Positions 1 to 8,651 of a stretch of DNA of 64,000 bases are shown here, piece by piece. The number at the start of each line of letters is the position of its first letter. The stretch's first letter is position 1. The DNA lies in assembly GCA_040768745.1 (NCBI GenBank), contig JAXGMI010000002.1, positions 448,001-512,000 on the forward strand, read 5' to 3'. Made by a program: the position numbers and the translations under genes. This stretch comes from Desulfomicrobium sp. (lineage in GTDB: Bacteria; Desulfobacterota; Desulfovibrionia; Desulfovibrionales; Desulfomicrobiaceae). A model generated the notes under the pieces. It had not been told where the DNA came from. It did not search any database and saw nothing but the letters and a program-made list of their open reading frames with translations.

Positions 1-121
1 AAAACTTTCCGCTCATGAGGTTGCGCATGAGGATGGCGCTGATGGATTCCGGATCGCGGGAAGCGCCGATTATGGCCAGGGAATTGGGTTTGAACAGCAG
101 CTCAAGGTGCTTGACACTCAT
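1..121 (-). CDS. 5' end (partial) of a CoA-binding acyl-CoA synthetase (NDP-forming)/Pat-type protein lysine acetyltransferase
   Basis: Manual translation from ATG at 121: MSVKHLELLFKPNSLAIIGASRDPESISAILMRNL..., the typical 'LFxPxSIAVIGAS' N-terminus; GGAG RBS upstream; runs off the window; divergent from acs. Confidence 0.75.
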   Translation of the reverse strand, partial: MSVKHLELLFKPNSLAIIGASRDPESISAILMRNLMSGKF

Positions 122-292
122 CGTCCGAAATACTCCGTTTACCGACGTGAAGCGGGCCGGGTGTCCGTTAACCGCCAATATCAGCCATTTACCAGAAAGG
201 GGAGGAAAACAAAATGCATTTCTTCTACACCCCTTGGCAGGTCGAGTCTGCCGAGAACAGCAACACCCTTATTTTCATACCTAGGAGGAACC

Positions 293-2266
293 ATGACACC
301 TGAGAATATCCAAAGCCTGATGCAGGAAGAGCGTCTTTTTCAACCCCCGGCCACCAAACGGGCCCACATTCCGGACATGGCCACCTACGAGGAGCACTAT
401 CGCCGGGCCGACGCGGATCCCGAAGGATATTGGGCCGACCGGGCAAGATCCCTCATCACCTGGTTCAAACCCTGGGACAAGGTCATGGACTGCGATTTCC
501 GCAAACCCGACATCAAATGGTTCGTGAACGGAAAGGTCAACGTCAGCTACAACTGCCTGGACCGGCATGTGGAGCGGGGACTGGCCGACAAGACAGCCCT
601 CATCTGGCAGGGCGAACCCGAGGATGACGTGCGCCATATCTCCTATCGCGAGCTGCTGGACGACGTGATCCGCTTTGCCAATATCCTGAAGAAGCTCGGA
701 GTGCGCCGTGGTGACCGCGTGGCCCTGTACATGCCCATGGTCCCCGAACTGGCCGTGGCCATGCTGGCCTGCACGCGCATCGGGGCCACCCATTCCATCG
801 TTTTTGCTGGATTCTCCGCCCTGAGTCTGCAGAACCGCATCCAGGACTGCGAGGCCAAGGTCCTGGTCACGGCCGACGCTGTCCTGCGCGGCGGGAAAAA
901 GATCCCCCTGAAGCCCAATGTGGACGAGGCCCTGACCAACTGCCCCTCCGTGACCAGCTGCGTGGTCCTGAAGCGGGCCGGCATCGATATCACCATGGTC
1001 ATGGACCGCGACATGTGGTGGCATGACGTCATGGCCGATCCGGACATCGAGGACACCTGCCCCTGCGAGGCCATGGATGCCGAGGACATGCTCTTCATCC
1101 TCTATACCAGCGGCTCCACGGGCAAGCCCAAGGGCGTGGTGCACACCACGGGCGGGTACCTGACCTACGCGGCCCATTCCGCGCAGCTGGTGTTCAATCT
1201 TTTTGACGACGACATCCATTTCTGCACTGCGGACATCGGGTGGATCACCGGACACACCTATATCGTCTACGGCCCTTTGGCCCTGGGGGTGACCTCCCTC
1301 ATGTTCGAGGGCGTGCCCTCCTATCCGGACCCGTCGCGGTTCTGGAAAATTGTGGAAAAATTCAAGGTCACCAGCTTCTACACCGCTCCCACGGCCATCC
1401 GCTCCCTCATGCGCGACGGAGCGGGCTGGACCCAGAAGAACGATCTGTCCTCCTTGCGGGTCCTGGGCAGCGTCGGAGAGCCCATCAACCCCGAGGCATG
1501 GATGTGGTATCATGAGAACATAGGCAAGTCGCGGCTGCCCGTCGTCGACACCTGGTGGCAGACTGAAACCGGCGGCATCCTCATTTCGGCCCTACCCTTT
1601 GCCACCCCCCTGAAGCCCGGGTCGGCCACCCGCCCCCTGCCCGGGGTGCATGCCCGCATTGTCGATGCCGATGGGAACCCCACTGCGCCCAACGAAGGCG
1701 GGCACCTGGTCATTGAACGGCCCTGGCCGGGCATGCTTCGTGGCGTGTTCGGAGACCCTGAACGGTTCCGCCAGCAGTATTTCGAACGCTTCCCCGGCCG
1801 GTACGAGGCCGGAGACGGGGCCCGGGTGGATGAAAACGGATACTTCTGGATCATGGGACGGCTGGACGACGTCATCAATGTTTCCGGACACCGCCTGGGC
1901 ACAGCTGAGATCGAGTCCGCCCTGGTCTCCCATCCGGCCGTGGCTGAGGCCGCGGTGGTCGGCATGCCCCACGAGATCAAGGGTCAGGCCGTGTACGCCT
2001 ACGTCACCCTGCGCAACGACGTGGACGAGACCGAGGACCTAGTCAAGTCCCTGCGCAACCATGTGCGCAAGGAGATCGGCCCCCTGGCCTCTCCGGAAGT
2101 CATCCAATTCACTCCGGGACTGCCCAAGACCCGCAGCGGCAAGATCATGCGCCGCGTGCTGCGCAAGATCACCGCTGGGTCCACGTCCTTGGAGGACTTC
2201 GGAGACACCTCCACCCTGGCCGATCCGTCCGTGATCCAGGATCTCATCGCCGGACGGCATACCTAG
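293..2266 (+). CDS. acs: Acetyl-CoA synthetase (AMP-forming)
   Basis: YTSGSTGKPKG, DTWWQTETGG and PKTRSGKIMRR motifs; AGGAGG RBS before ATG 293. Confidence 0.97.
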   Translation: MTPENIQSLMQEERLFQPPATKRAHIPDMATYEEHYRRADADPEGYWADRARSLITWFKPWDKVMDCDFRKPDIKWFVNGKVNVSYNCLDRHVERGLADKTALIWQGEPEDDVRHISYRELLDDVIRFANILKKLGVRRGDRVALYMPMVPELAVAMLACTRIGATHSIVFAGFSALSLQNRIQDCEAKVLVTADAVLRGGKKIPLKPNVDEALTNCPSVTSCVVLKRAGIDITMVMDRDMWWHDVMADPDIEDTCPCEAMDAEDMLFILYTSGSTGKPKGVVHTTGGYLTYAAHSAQLVFNLFDDDIHFCTADIGWITGHTYIVYGPLALGVTSLMFEGVPSYPDPSRFWKIVEKFKVTSFYTAPTAIRSLMRDGAGWTQKNDLSSLRVLGSVGEPINPEAWMWYHENIGKSRLPVVDTWWQTETGGILISALPFATPLKPGSATRPLPGVHARIVDADGNPTAPNEGGHLVIERPWPGMLRGVFGDPERFRQQYFERFPGRYEAGDGARVDENGYFWIMGRLDDVINVSGHRLGTAEIESALVSHPAVAEAAVVGMPHEIKGQAVYAYVTLRNDVDETEDLVKSLRNHVRKEIGPLASPEVIQFTPGLPKTRSGKIMRRVLRKITAGSTSLEDFGDTSTLADPSVIQDLIAGRHT

Positions 2267-2295
2267 CCATCAATCTGGCCGATCACGTTTTGCAG

Positions 2296-2323
2296 GCGCG
2301 CCCTTTGGGGTGCGCTTTTTTTT
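2296..2323 (+). terminator. Rho-independent terminator after acs
   Basis: GCGCGCCC-TTTG-GGGTGCGC stem followed by T8. Confidence 0.85.
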
Positions 2324-2324
2324 C

Positions 2325-2364
2325 TTGACCATCGCTCCAGGAGCGTAAATAAACGCTTACATAC
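2325..2364 (+). promoter_or_regulatory. Putative promoter (-35 TTGACC) with overlapping imperfect palindrome, candidate TetR operator
   Basis: TTGACC at 2325-2330; GTAAATAAAC/GCTTACATAC dyad at 2345-2364 just upstream of the TetR RBS. Confidence 0.45.
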
Positions 2365-2376
2365 AACGGAGGAAGC

Positions 2377-2949
2377 ATGTCTCGACCCCTGCTCAAACGT
2401 GATGTCATCGAAGACGCGGCCATCCGGATCTTCGCCACCAAAGGGCTGGCCCGGACCACTATCAAGGACATCGCAGCCGCCGCCGGTGTGACCGAAGGGG
2501 CCCTGTACCGCTACTACGAGGGCAAGGAAGAAATGGCCTGGAAGCTCTTCAACCGGGAGCTGGACAAATTCACCCACCTGCTCTCGGAAGTGCTCGACGA
2601 CGACCGCATGTCCTTCAATCTGCGCCTGGGTTTGGCCATCCAGACCATCTATGACTACTATACCTACAACAGCGACCAGTTTGCCTTCATTCTGCTGACC
2701 CAGCACGGATTCCCGCAGGAAAAACTGCTGACCCGGGAGACGGACCCCCTGGGCATGACTGAACGGTTCGTGGGCCAGGCCGTCGGAGCGGGCGAAATTC
2801 CGCCCTGCGACGCCGACCTCTATGCCGGACTGCTCATGGGAGCCATTCTGCAACCCTTGGTCCTGCACCGCTACGGCAAACTGGACATCACTCCCCAAAC
2901 CCACGCCCAGGTCACGGAAGGCTGCCTGCGCATGCTCGGCGTTGCCTGA
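2377..2949 (+). CDS. TetR/AcrR family transcriptional regulator
   Basis: N-terminal HTH TTIKDIAAAAGVTEGALYRYY; GGAGG RBS. Confidence 0.93.
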   Translation: MSRPLLKRDVIEDAAIRIFATKGLARTTIKDIAAAAGVTEGALYRYYEGKEEMAWKLFNRELDKFTHLLSEVLDDDRMSFNLRLGLAIQTIYDYYTYNSDQFAFILLTQHGFPQEKLLTRETDPLGMTERFVGQAVGAGEIPPCDADLYAGLLMGAILQPLVLHRYGKLDITPQTHAQVTEGCLRMLGVA

Positions 2950-2966
2950 ACCCTGGGAGAGCAATC

Positions 2967-5900
2967 ATGCAGCATCGCCTTCTGCGCATCCGCGGGTTTT
3001 TCCCCTACCTTTTTGTCGTCCTCGTCAATGCCATCATTGACCTCGGACACAAGATCGTCATCCAGAACACCGTCTTCAAATGCTATGACGGCTCCACCCA
3101 GATCGCCCTGACCGCCCTGGTCAACGCCTGCATCCTGCTCCCCTTCATCGTCTTCTTCACCCCGGCGGGATTCTTGGCCGATCGTTTCGCCAAGAACGTG
3201 GTCATCCGCTGCGCGGCTGGATTCGCCATCCCCCTGACCGTGCTCATCTATGCCAGCTACCTTCTGGGGTGGTTCGAGGCAGCTTTCGCTCTGACCCTCA
3301 TCCTGGCGGCCCAGTCCGCCTTCTATTCCCCGGCCAAGTATGGCTACATCAAGGAGATGGCCGGCAAGGACAACCTGGGCATGGCCAACGGCGTGGTCCA
3401 GGCCGTGACCATCATCGCCATCCTGCTCGGCGGGGTGCTTTTTTCAGTGGTCTTCGAGGCCTTGATCGGTCAGGCCCAGACCCGCGAGGACATCCTGCGG
3501 TCCGTGGCCCCGTGCGGCCTGCTGCTCATGGCCGGGGCCGTGACCCAGACCCTGGCCAGCCTGCGCATTCCGCAATTCAAGCAGGGCGAGGCCTCCTTGC
3601 GCCTGGACCGGAGGGCCTATGTCCGCGGGGAATACCTCAAGAACAACCTCAAGAATCTCTACAGGCATGAAACCATCTGGATGTCTGTCCTGGGTTTGTC
3701 CCTGTTCTGGGCCGTGAACCAGGTCCTTTTCGCTGCCTTCGGCGCACATCTGAAGGAAGTCGCCGGCGTGACCTCCACCGTGGTCGCCCAGGGCCTGCTG
3801 GCCATCGGCGGCGTGGGCATCATGGTTGGATCCATCACGGCCGGACGTCTGTCCCGAACCTACATCGAGACCGGGATCATCCCTCTGGCCGCAGTGGGCA
3901 TGACCCTCTGCCTGACCCTCATCCCAGGTCTGACCCAGCCTGTGGTCCTGGGCTGCCTGCTGACCGTGTACGGATTTTTCGGCGGCCTGTTCGTGGTTCC
4001 CCTGAACGCCCTGATCCAATTCAATGCAGCGGATTCCGACCTGGGTACCATCCTGGCCGGGAACAATTTCGTGCAGAACGTCTTCATGCTCTCGTTTTTG
4101 TGCGGCACGGTCCTGGCGTCCCTGGTCGGCCTGGGCAGCGTGCCCATCATCCTGATCCTGGCCGCCGTGGTGGCCTTGGGGTCGGCCTACACCCTGCGTA
4201 AGCTGCCCCAGTCCTTTATGCGCTTTTTGCTGCGGGTGCTTTTTGCCCAGCGCTACCGTCTGGTGGTCAGCGGTCTGGAACACATCCCTTCCCGCGGAGG
4301 AATGCTCCTGCTGGGCAATCACACCAGCTGGATCGACTGGGCCGTATTGCATCTGGCCGTGCCCCGGCCCGTGCGCTTCGTCATGTCCCGCAAATACTAC
4401 GATCTCTGGTACCTGCGCTGGTTCCTGGACCTGTACCGGGTCATTCCCATATCCTCCACGGCCAGCAGTTCGGCCCTGCGCACGGTCATGACGTCCCTGC
4501 GCAACGGCGACTGCGTGGTGCTGTTCCCGGAAGGTGCCCTCAGCCGCAACGGACAGCTCGGGCATTTCCGGCGGGGGTATTCCATTCCGGCAACCCAGAC
4601 CAAGAGCCCCATCGTTCCCTTCTACCTGCGCGGACTGTGGGGCAGCCGTTGGTCCGCGGCGAGCCGGCATTTCCAGAACACCACCACCGGGGCCAGGGTT
4701 CGCGACATCACCATCTGCTTCGGCCCGGTCCTGCCACCGGAAGCATCTCCCCTGGAGGTCAAGCAAGCGGTACACCGCCAGTCCATCCGGGCTTGGCAGG
4801 AATTCGCCCGCACCCAGATTTCCATCAGCCGGAACTGGATCAGGGCCGTGAAGCGGTCCCCGGCCCGTCTGGCCGTTGCCGATTCCAGCGGGACACAGCG
4901 GGCGGGCGAAGAGCTGCTGGGCATGGCCCTGCACCTGGCCCGCAGGCTCAAGAACCTGCCCGGCCAGAATGTCGGCATCCTCCTGCCCCCGGGCTGGCTG
5001 GGAACAGTGGCCAACATGGCCGTGCTCCTGGCCGGCAAAACAGCCGTCAACCTCGACCCACTGTTGCCTGACGCGAGTTTTGCTGCCTGCCTGCGAGAGG
5101 CCAGCATCACCACTTTCCTCGTCTCCCAGCCCCACCTGGAAAAGCTCCGGGACCAGGGCGTGGCCGAGGACATCCTGGGCCAGGGCCTTGTTTTTCTTGA
5201 TGGCATGCGGCCCTCCCGGCGGGAAGAACTCCTGCTGCGGGCCATGATCCGCATCCTGCCCGGATGGTTGCTGGGTGTGATCCTCGCGCCCAGGCCCGAA
5301 CCCGAGGCCACTGCAGCCATCCTCTTTGTCCCGCGTCATGCGTCCGCGCCCCTGGGCGTGCGCCTGAGCCACGCCAACATCATCACCAATGCCCGGCAGG
5401 TGGCCTGTCTCTTTCCGCCCAAGGCCAGCGACGTGCTGCTGGCCGCGCTGCCCCTGCATCATGCCCTTGGGCTGACCATGACCATGTTCCTGCCCCTCCT
5501 GGAATCCGTGCCCGTGGTCTGCCACCACGACCCCTCCGACACCCGCACCCTGGGCCGGTTATGCGTGGAATTCGAGGCCACGGTCCTCTGCGCCAACCCA
5601 GACATGCTCCTGACCATGGTCCAAAGCCAGACCGTGCATCCACTCATGTTCGCCTCCCTGCGCTTCGTGCTTTCGGCTGCCGCAGGCCTCTCGGACGCAT
5701 GTTTCCAGGCCTTCCGACACAAATTCGGCCTCATCGTCCACGAAGGCTACGGCACCACCGAAACCACCCCCGTGGCCACCCTCAATGCCCCGGACGTGCT
5801 CAACCCCACGGACTTGAGCGTCCAGCAGGGGCGCAAGGCCGGGACCGCCGGACTGCCCCTGCCCGGGTCGGCCCTGCGCATCGTCCATCCGGAAACCATG

Positions 5901-6086
5901 GAGGATGTGGAACAGGGGCAAAGCGGGCTCATCCTCATCGGCGGCACCCAGATCATGCAGGGATATCTGAACCATCCGGAACACACGGCCGAGGTCGTGC
6001 TGGAGCGAGACGGGATCACCTGGTACGTGACCGGGGACAGGGGATGGCTGGACGGGGACGGTTTCCTGGTTCTGGAAAACGCGTAG
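2967..6086 (+). CDS. Aas/LplT-like fusion: MFS lysophospholipid transporter + PlsC acyltransferase + degenerate AMP-binding domain
   Basis: Multi-TM MFS N-half; NHTSWID and FPEG acyltransferase motifs; EGYGTTE and TGD adenylation motifs. Confidence 0.88.
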   Translation: MQHRLLRIRGFFPYLFVVLVNAIIDLGHKIVIQNTVFKCYDGSTQIALTALVNACILLPFIVFFTPAGFLADRFAKNVVIRCAAGFAIPLTVLIYASYLLGWFEAAFALTLILAAQSAFYSPAKYGYIKEMAGKDNLGMANGVVQAVTIIAILLGGVLFSVVFEALIGQAQTREDILRSVAPCGLLLMAGAVTQTLASLRIPQFKQGEASLRLDRRAYVRGEYLKNNLKNLYRHETIWMSVLGLSLFWAVNQVLFAAFGAHLKEVAGVTSTVVAQGLLAIGGVGIMVGSITAGRLSRTYIETGIIPLAAVGMTLCLTLIPGLTQPVVLGCLLTVYGFFGGLFVVPLNALIQFNAADSDLGTILAGNNFVQNVFMLSFLCGTVLASLVGLGSVPIILILAAVVALGSAYTLRKLPQSFMRFLLRVLFAQRYRLVVSGLEHIPSRGGMLLLGNHTSWIDWAVLHLAVPRPVRFVMSRKYYDLWYLRWFLDLYRVIPISSTASSSALRTVMTSLRNGDCVVLFPEGALSRNGQLGHFRRGYSIPATQTKSPIVPFYLRGLWGSRWSAASRHFQNTTTGARVRDITICFGPVLPPEASPLEVKQAVHRQSIRAWQEFARTQISISRNWIRAVKRSPARLAVADSSGTQRAGEELLGMALHLARRLKNLPGQNVGILLPPGWLGTVANMAVLLAGKTAVNLDPLLPDASFAACLREASITTFLVSQPHLEKLRDQGVAEDILGQGLVFLDGMRPSRREELLLRAMIRILPGWLLGVILAPRPEPEATAAILFVPRHASAPLGVRLSHANIITNARQVACLFPPKASDVLLAALPLHHALGLTMTMFLPLLESVPVVCHHDPSDTRTLGRLCVEFEATVLCANPDMLLTMVQSQTVHPLMFASLRFVLSAAAGLSDACFQAFRHKFGLIVHEGYGTTETTPVATLNAPDVLNPTDLSVQQGRKAGTAGLPLPGSALRIVHPETMEDVEQGQSGLILIGGTQIMQGYLNHPEHTAEVVLERDGITWYVTGDRGWLDGDGFLVLENA

Positions 6087-6451
6087 CCGGATCCCTGGCC
6101 GCGGCCCTGCCCCCTCATCCAGGCCCGGAATGCCCCTGCCTCCTGCATGCCCACGCCGGGCAAGGGCCGTTGCAGGCATGGCCGTGCAGGAACGCCATGC
6201 CGTGGAGAGATCCTTGTGCAGACGCGGGACCTGTTTTCCCGGCGCGGACCCAGCGGCATGATATGCAACGCACGCCTGGCGTGCTTTCAGGAACCCGAAG
6301 GGCGTTCCGTGTGCCCTGGGTTGCGCGCCCGGAAAATCCGGCAAGGTCGGTCCTCGTAGGCCTTGAATTTCCGCGCGCATCGTTTTAGGGCTCGCCTTCC
6401 CGGCCGTGCGCCCGCAGGTCCGGCCCCAACACCCTGCGACAAGGAACTGCC

Positions 6452-6649
6452 ATGATCACTGTCCGCCTGGAACCCGAAAACCGGGAACTGACCTTTGAGC
6501 GCGTGCGCACGGTCATGCAGCTCCTGCACAAAGTGGAACGCAAGCCCGGCCGGGCCCTGGTCATCCGCGAGGGGCAGCTGCTCACGCCGGACCTGAACCT
6601 GCGCGACAACGACATCGTCGTTGTGCGGGACGTGGGCTCCCGGGGCTAG
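6452..6649 (+). CDS. ThiS/MoaD/TtuB-like ubiquitin-fold sulfur carrier
   Basis: 65 aa, AAGGA RBS, beta-grasp-like pattern (ALVIREGQLLTPD...DIVVV), ends GSRG, 2 nt before the TtuA-like gene. Confidence 0.75.
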   Translation: MITVRLEPENRELTFERVRTVMQLLHKVERKPGRALVIREGQLLTPDLNLRDNDIVVVRDVGSRG

Positions 6650-6651
6650 AC

Positions 6652-7554
6652 ATGAAATGCACGCGCTGTAAAATCCCGGCCGTTGTGGCCCTGCCCAGCC
6701 ACCACGCCGCTTTCTGCAGGGACTGTTTCCTGCTCTTCGCCCGCCGGCTGGTGGAGAGGGCCATCGAGGAACACCAGATGTTCACGGCGGAGGACCGCAT
6801 CCTCGTGGCCATTTCCGGGGGCAAGGATTCCCTGGCCCTGTCCTGGCAGCTGAAGGAACTCGGCTACAACATCGCCGGCCTGCACATAGACCTGGGCATC
6901 CCTGAATCCTCTCCCATTGCCCGACAGTACTCCGAGCGGTTCTGCGCAACCCGCGGCATTCCGCTCCATGTCCTGGACATGGCCGCGGAGGGGCTGGCCA
7001 TGTGCGAGGTGAAACGCCGGGCCAGGCGGCCCATCTGTTCGGTCTGCGGTCAGACCAAGCGCTATTTTTTCAACAAATTCGCCATGGAAAACGGCTTCAC
7101 GGTCCTGGCCACCGGCCACAACCTCGATGACGAAACCTCGCGCCTCCTGGCCAACATCATGCGCTGGGACGTGGAATTTCTGAGCGATCAGGGGCCGGTC
7201 ATGCCGGCACAGAACGGATTCGCCAAGAAGGTCAAGCCCCTGTTCCGCATGTCCGAATTCGAAACCGCCAACCTCTGCTTCCTGGCCGGCATCGACTACG
7301 GCTACGCCCCCTGCCCCTACAGCTCCAAGGCCAGCTTTCCCGTCTACAAAAACCTTCTGGCAGAGCTGGAGGACAGGCAGCCAGGCCGTAAAATCCATTT
7401 TTACGACGGTTTTCTGAAGCGCGGACAGGGCGGGTTTACGGCCCAGGGCGAAAAAGACGCCCTGGTCCAGCCCTGCCAGAGGTGCGGCTACCCGACCTCG
7501 GCCGGGGAATGCGGGGTGTGCCGACTGAAGGATCTGATGGGCGTGACCCCCTAG
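6652..7554 (+). CDS. TtuA/Ncs6-type tRNA 2-thiolation enzyme (PP-loop, Fe-S)
   Basis: N- and C-terminal CxxC zinc fingers, SGGKDS, CSVC, GHNLDD, CPYS. Confidence 0.85.
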   Translation: MKCTRCKIPAVVALPSHHAAFCRDCFLLFARRLVERAIEEHQMFTAEDRILVAISGGKDSLALSWQLKELGYNIAGLHIDLGIPESSPIARQYSERFCATRGIPLHVLDMAAEGLAMCEVKRRARRPICSVCGQTKRYFFNKFAMENGFTVLATGHNLDDETSRLLANIMRWDVEFLSDQGPVMPAQNGFAKKVKPLFRMSEFETANLCFLAGIDYGYAPCPYSSKASFPVYKNLLAELEDRQPGRKIHFYDGFLKRGQGGFTAQGEKDALVQPCQRCGYPTSAGECGVCRLKDLMGVTP

Positions 7555-7749
7555 CTGCTGGCCAGCGCTGCGGGTCGCGACCGGCAAAAAAACTTTCCGG
7601 CAGCCCTGGCCAGGACAGGCGCGGATGCTTAAAAAAGTGCAATGGCAGGAACTGGGCGACGCCAATGTATCTGGAAAATTGTGCATGCAAGGCAATTGAC
7701 ATCGATATCATCAATAACTACCACACTCTCCACACAAAGGAGGATTTCC

Positions 7750-8055
7750 ATGTTTGAACTCACCAAGGCTGCCAAAGAGCAGCTTGATATGCATTTTTCG
7801 GGCAAGGACGTATCCCCGATCCGGGTGTACATGGCGGCTGGCTGAGGCGGGCCTCGCCTGGCGCTTGCTCTGGATGAGCAAAAGGACAGTGACGTGGTAC
7901 AGCAGATCGACGGGTACACCTTTCTGATCGAAACCGGCCTCATGCAGGAGGTCCAGCCCATTTCCGTGGAGTTTCATCCGCACATGGGCTTCAACATCAA
8001 GTCAGGCCTGAAAGTAACGAATTCGGGGTGCAGTTCCTGCACGTCCTGCGGCTAG
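7750..8055 (+). CDS. HesB/IscA-like selenoprotein (in-frame UGA = Sec at 7843-7845)
   Basis: AAGGAGG RBS; reading through TGA gives 101 aa MFELTKAAKEQL...IRVYMAAG-U-GGPRLALALDEQ...GCSSCTSCG*; SECIS-like hairpin downstream. Confidence 0.9.
7865..7881 (+). promoter_or_regulatory. Bacterial SECIS-like hairpin
   Basis: TTGCTC-TGGAT-GAGCAA; G-containing loop about 26 nt after the UGA. Confidence 0.65.
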
Positions 8056-8078
8056 CCCATGCCCCCTGCTTGGGCAGC

Positions 8079-8113
8079 AAAAGGCTGCTTCTGACCGGGA
8101 AGTGGCCTTTTTT
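8079..8113 (+). terminator. Rho-independent terminator
   Basis: AAAAGGCTGCTTC...GAAGTGGCCTTTTTT. Confidence 0.8.
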
Positions 8114-8159
8114 AGGGCCTCCCGCCTGGGTCGGGTTTCGGAAGATGTCCAGAAACCCT

Positions 8160-8188
8160 TTGACAGGCAGGTGCCGAATCTATAGAGA
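8160..8188 (+). promoter_or_regulatory. Sigma70-type promoter of the tRNA pair
   Basis: TTGACA at 8160-8165, TATAGAGA at 8181-8188, tRNA starts at 8210. Confidence 0.55.
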
Positions 8189-8209
8189 CAGTTTCTCGTT
8201 GGACGGGCA

Positions 8210-8285
8210 GGGCGGTTAGCTCAGCTGGGAGAGCGTCGGCCTTACAAGCCGAATGTCATAGGTTCGATCCCTGTACCGCCCACCA
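8210..8285 (+). tRNA. tRNA-Val (TAC)
   Basis: GGGCGGT acceptor stem, TAGCTCAG D-arm, anticodon loop CTTACAA, GGTTCGATCC T-arm, encoded CCA. Confidence 0.97.
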
Positions 8286-8295
8286 AAGACCACGC

Positions 8296-8372
<77 letters not shown>

Positions 8373-8380
8373 CTGAATGC

Positions 8381-8419
8381 AAGGGTTTAAGGTTCACAGC
8401 CTTAAGCCCTTTTTCTTTT
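8381..8419 (+). terminator. Terminator after tRNA pair
   Basis: GGGTTTAAGG...CCTTAAGCCC stem plus T-run. Confidence 0.8.
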
Positions 8420-8651
8420 GTGGGTTCCGCGCGGGGGTTATTTTTGAGGAACCCGCCGGAAAGCACCTGGAGGTGTAACAACTTAAGGCTCGGATTAATA
8501 AATTCTTTTTCATCATATTCCGTGGCGATTGCTCCCCATTGAAACCCAACATGTCAAAAACATCCTGGCCCGACACAGCGTTACAACGCCGGAACGCCTT
8601 TCAACCAGCCTGAACCGGGCGACATCGATCCGTTGCAGCTCCACCCTCGTT

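Noticed and set aside
107..292. N-terminal extension of Acs
   Set aside because: It overlaps the divergent gene start and intergenic region; the RBS supports ATG 293
3444..5528. 694-aa minus-strand ORF
   Set aside because: Antisense shadow of the Aas-like gene, typical of high-GC DNA
6087..6451. Possible ncRNA or frameshifted continuation of aas in the GC-rich gap
   Set aside because: Only short hairpins; no recognisable RNA family and no Aas C-terminal motifs seen
7642..7845. 67-aa ORF, or a pseudogene call for the HesB-like gene
   Set aside because: Better explained by Sec recoding from ATG 7750 with a strong RBS
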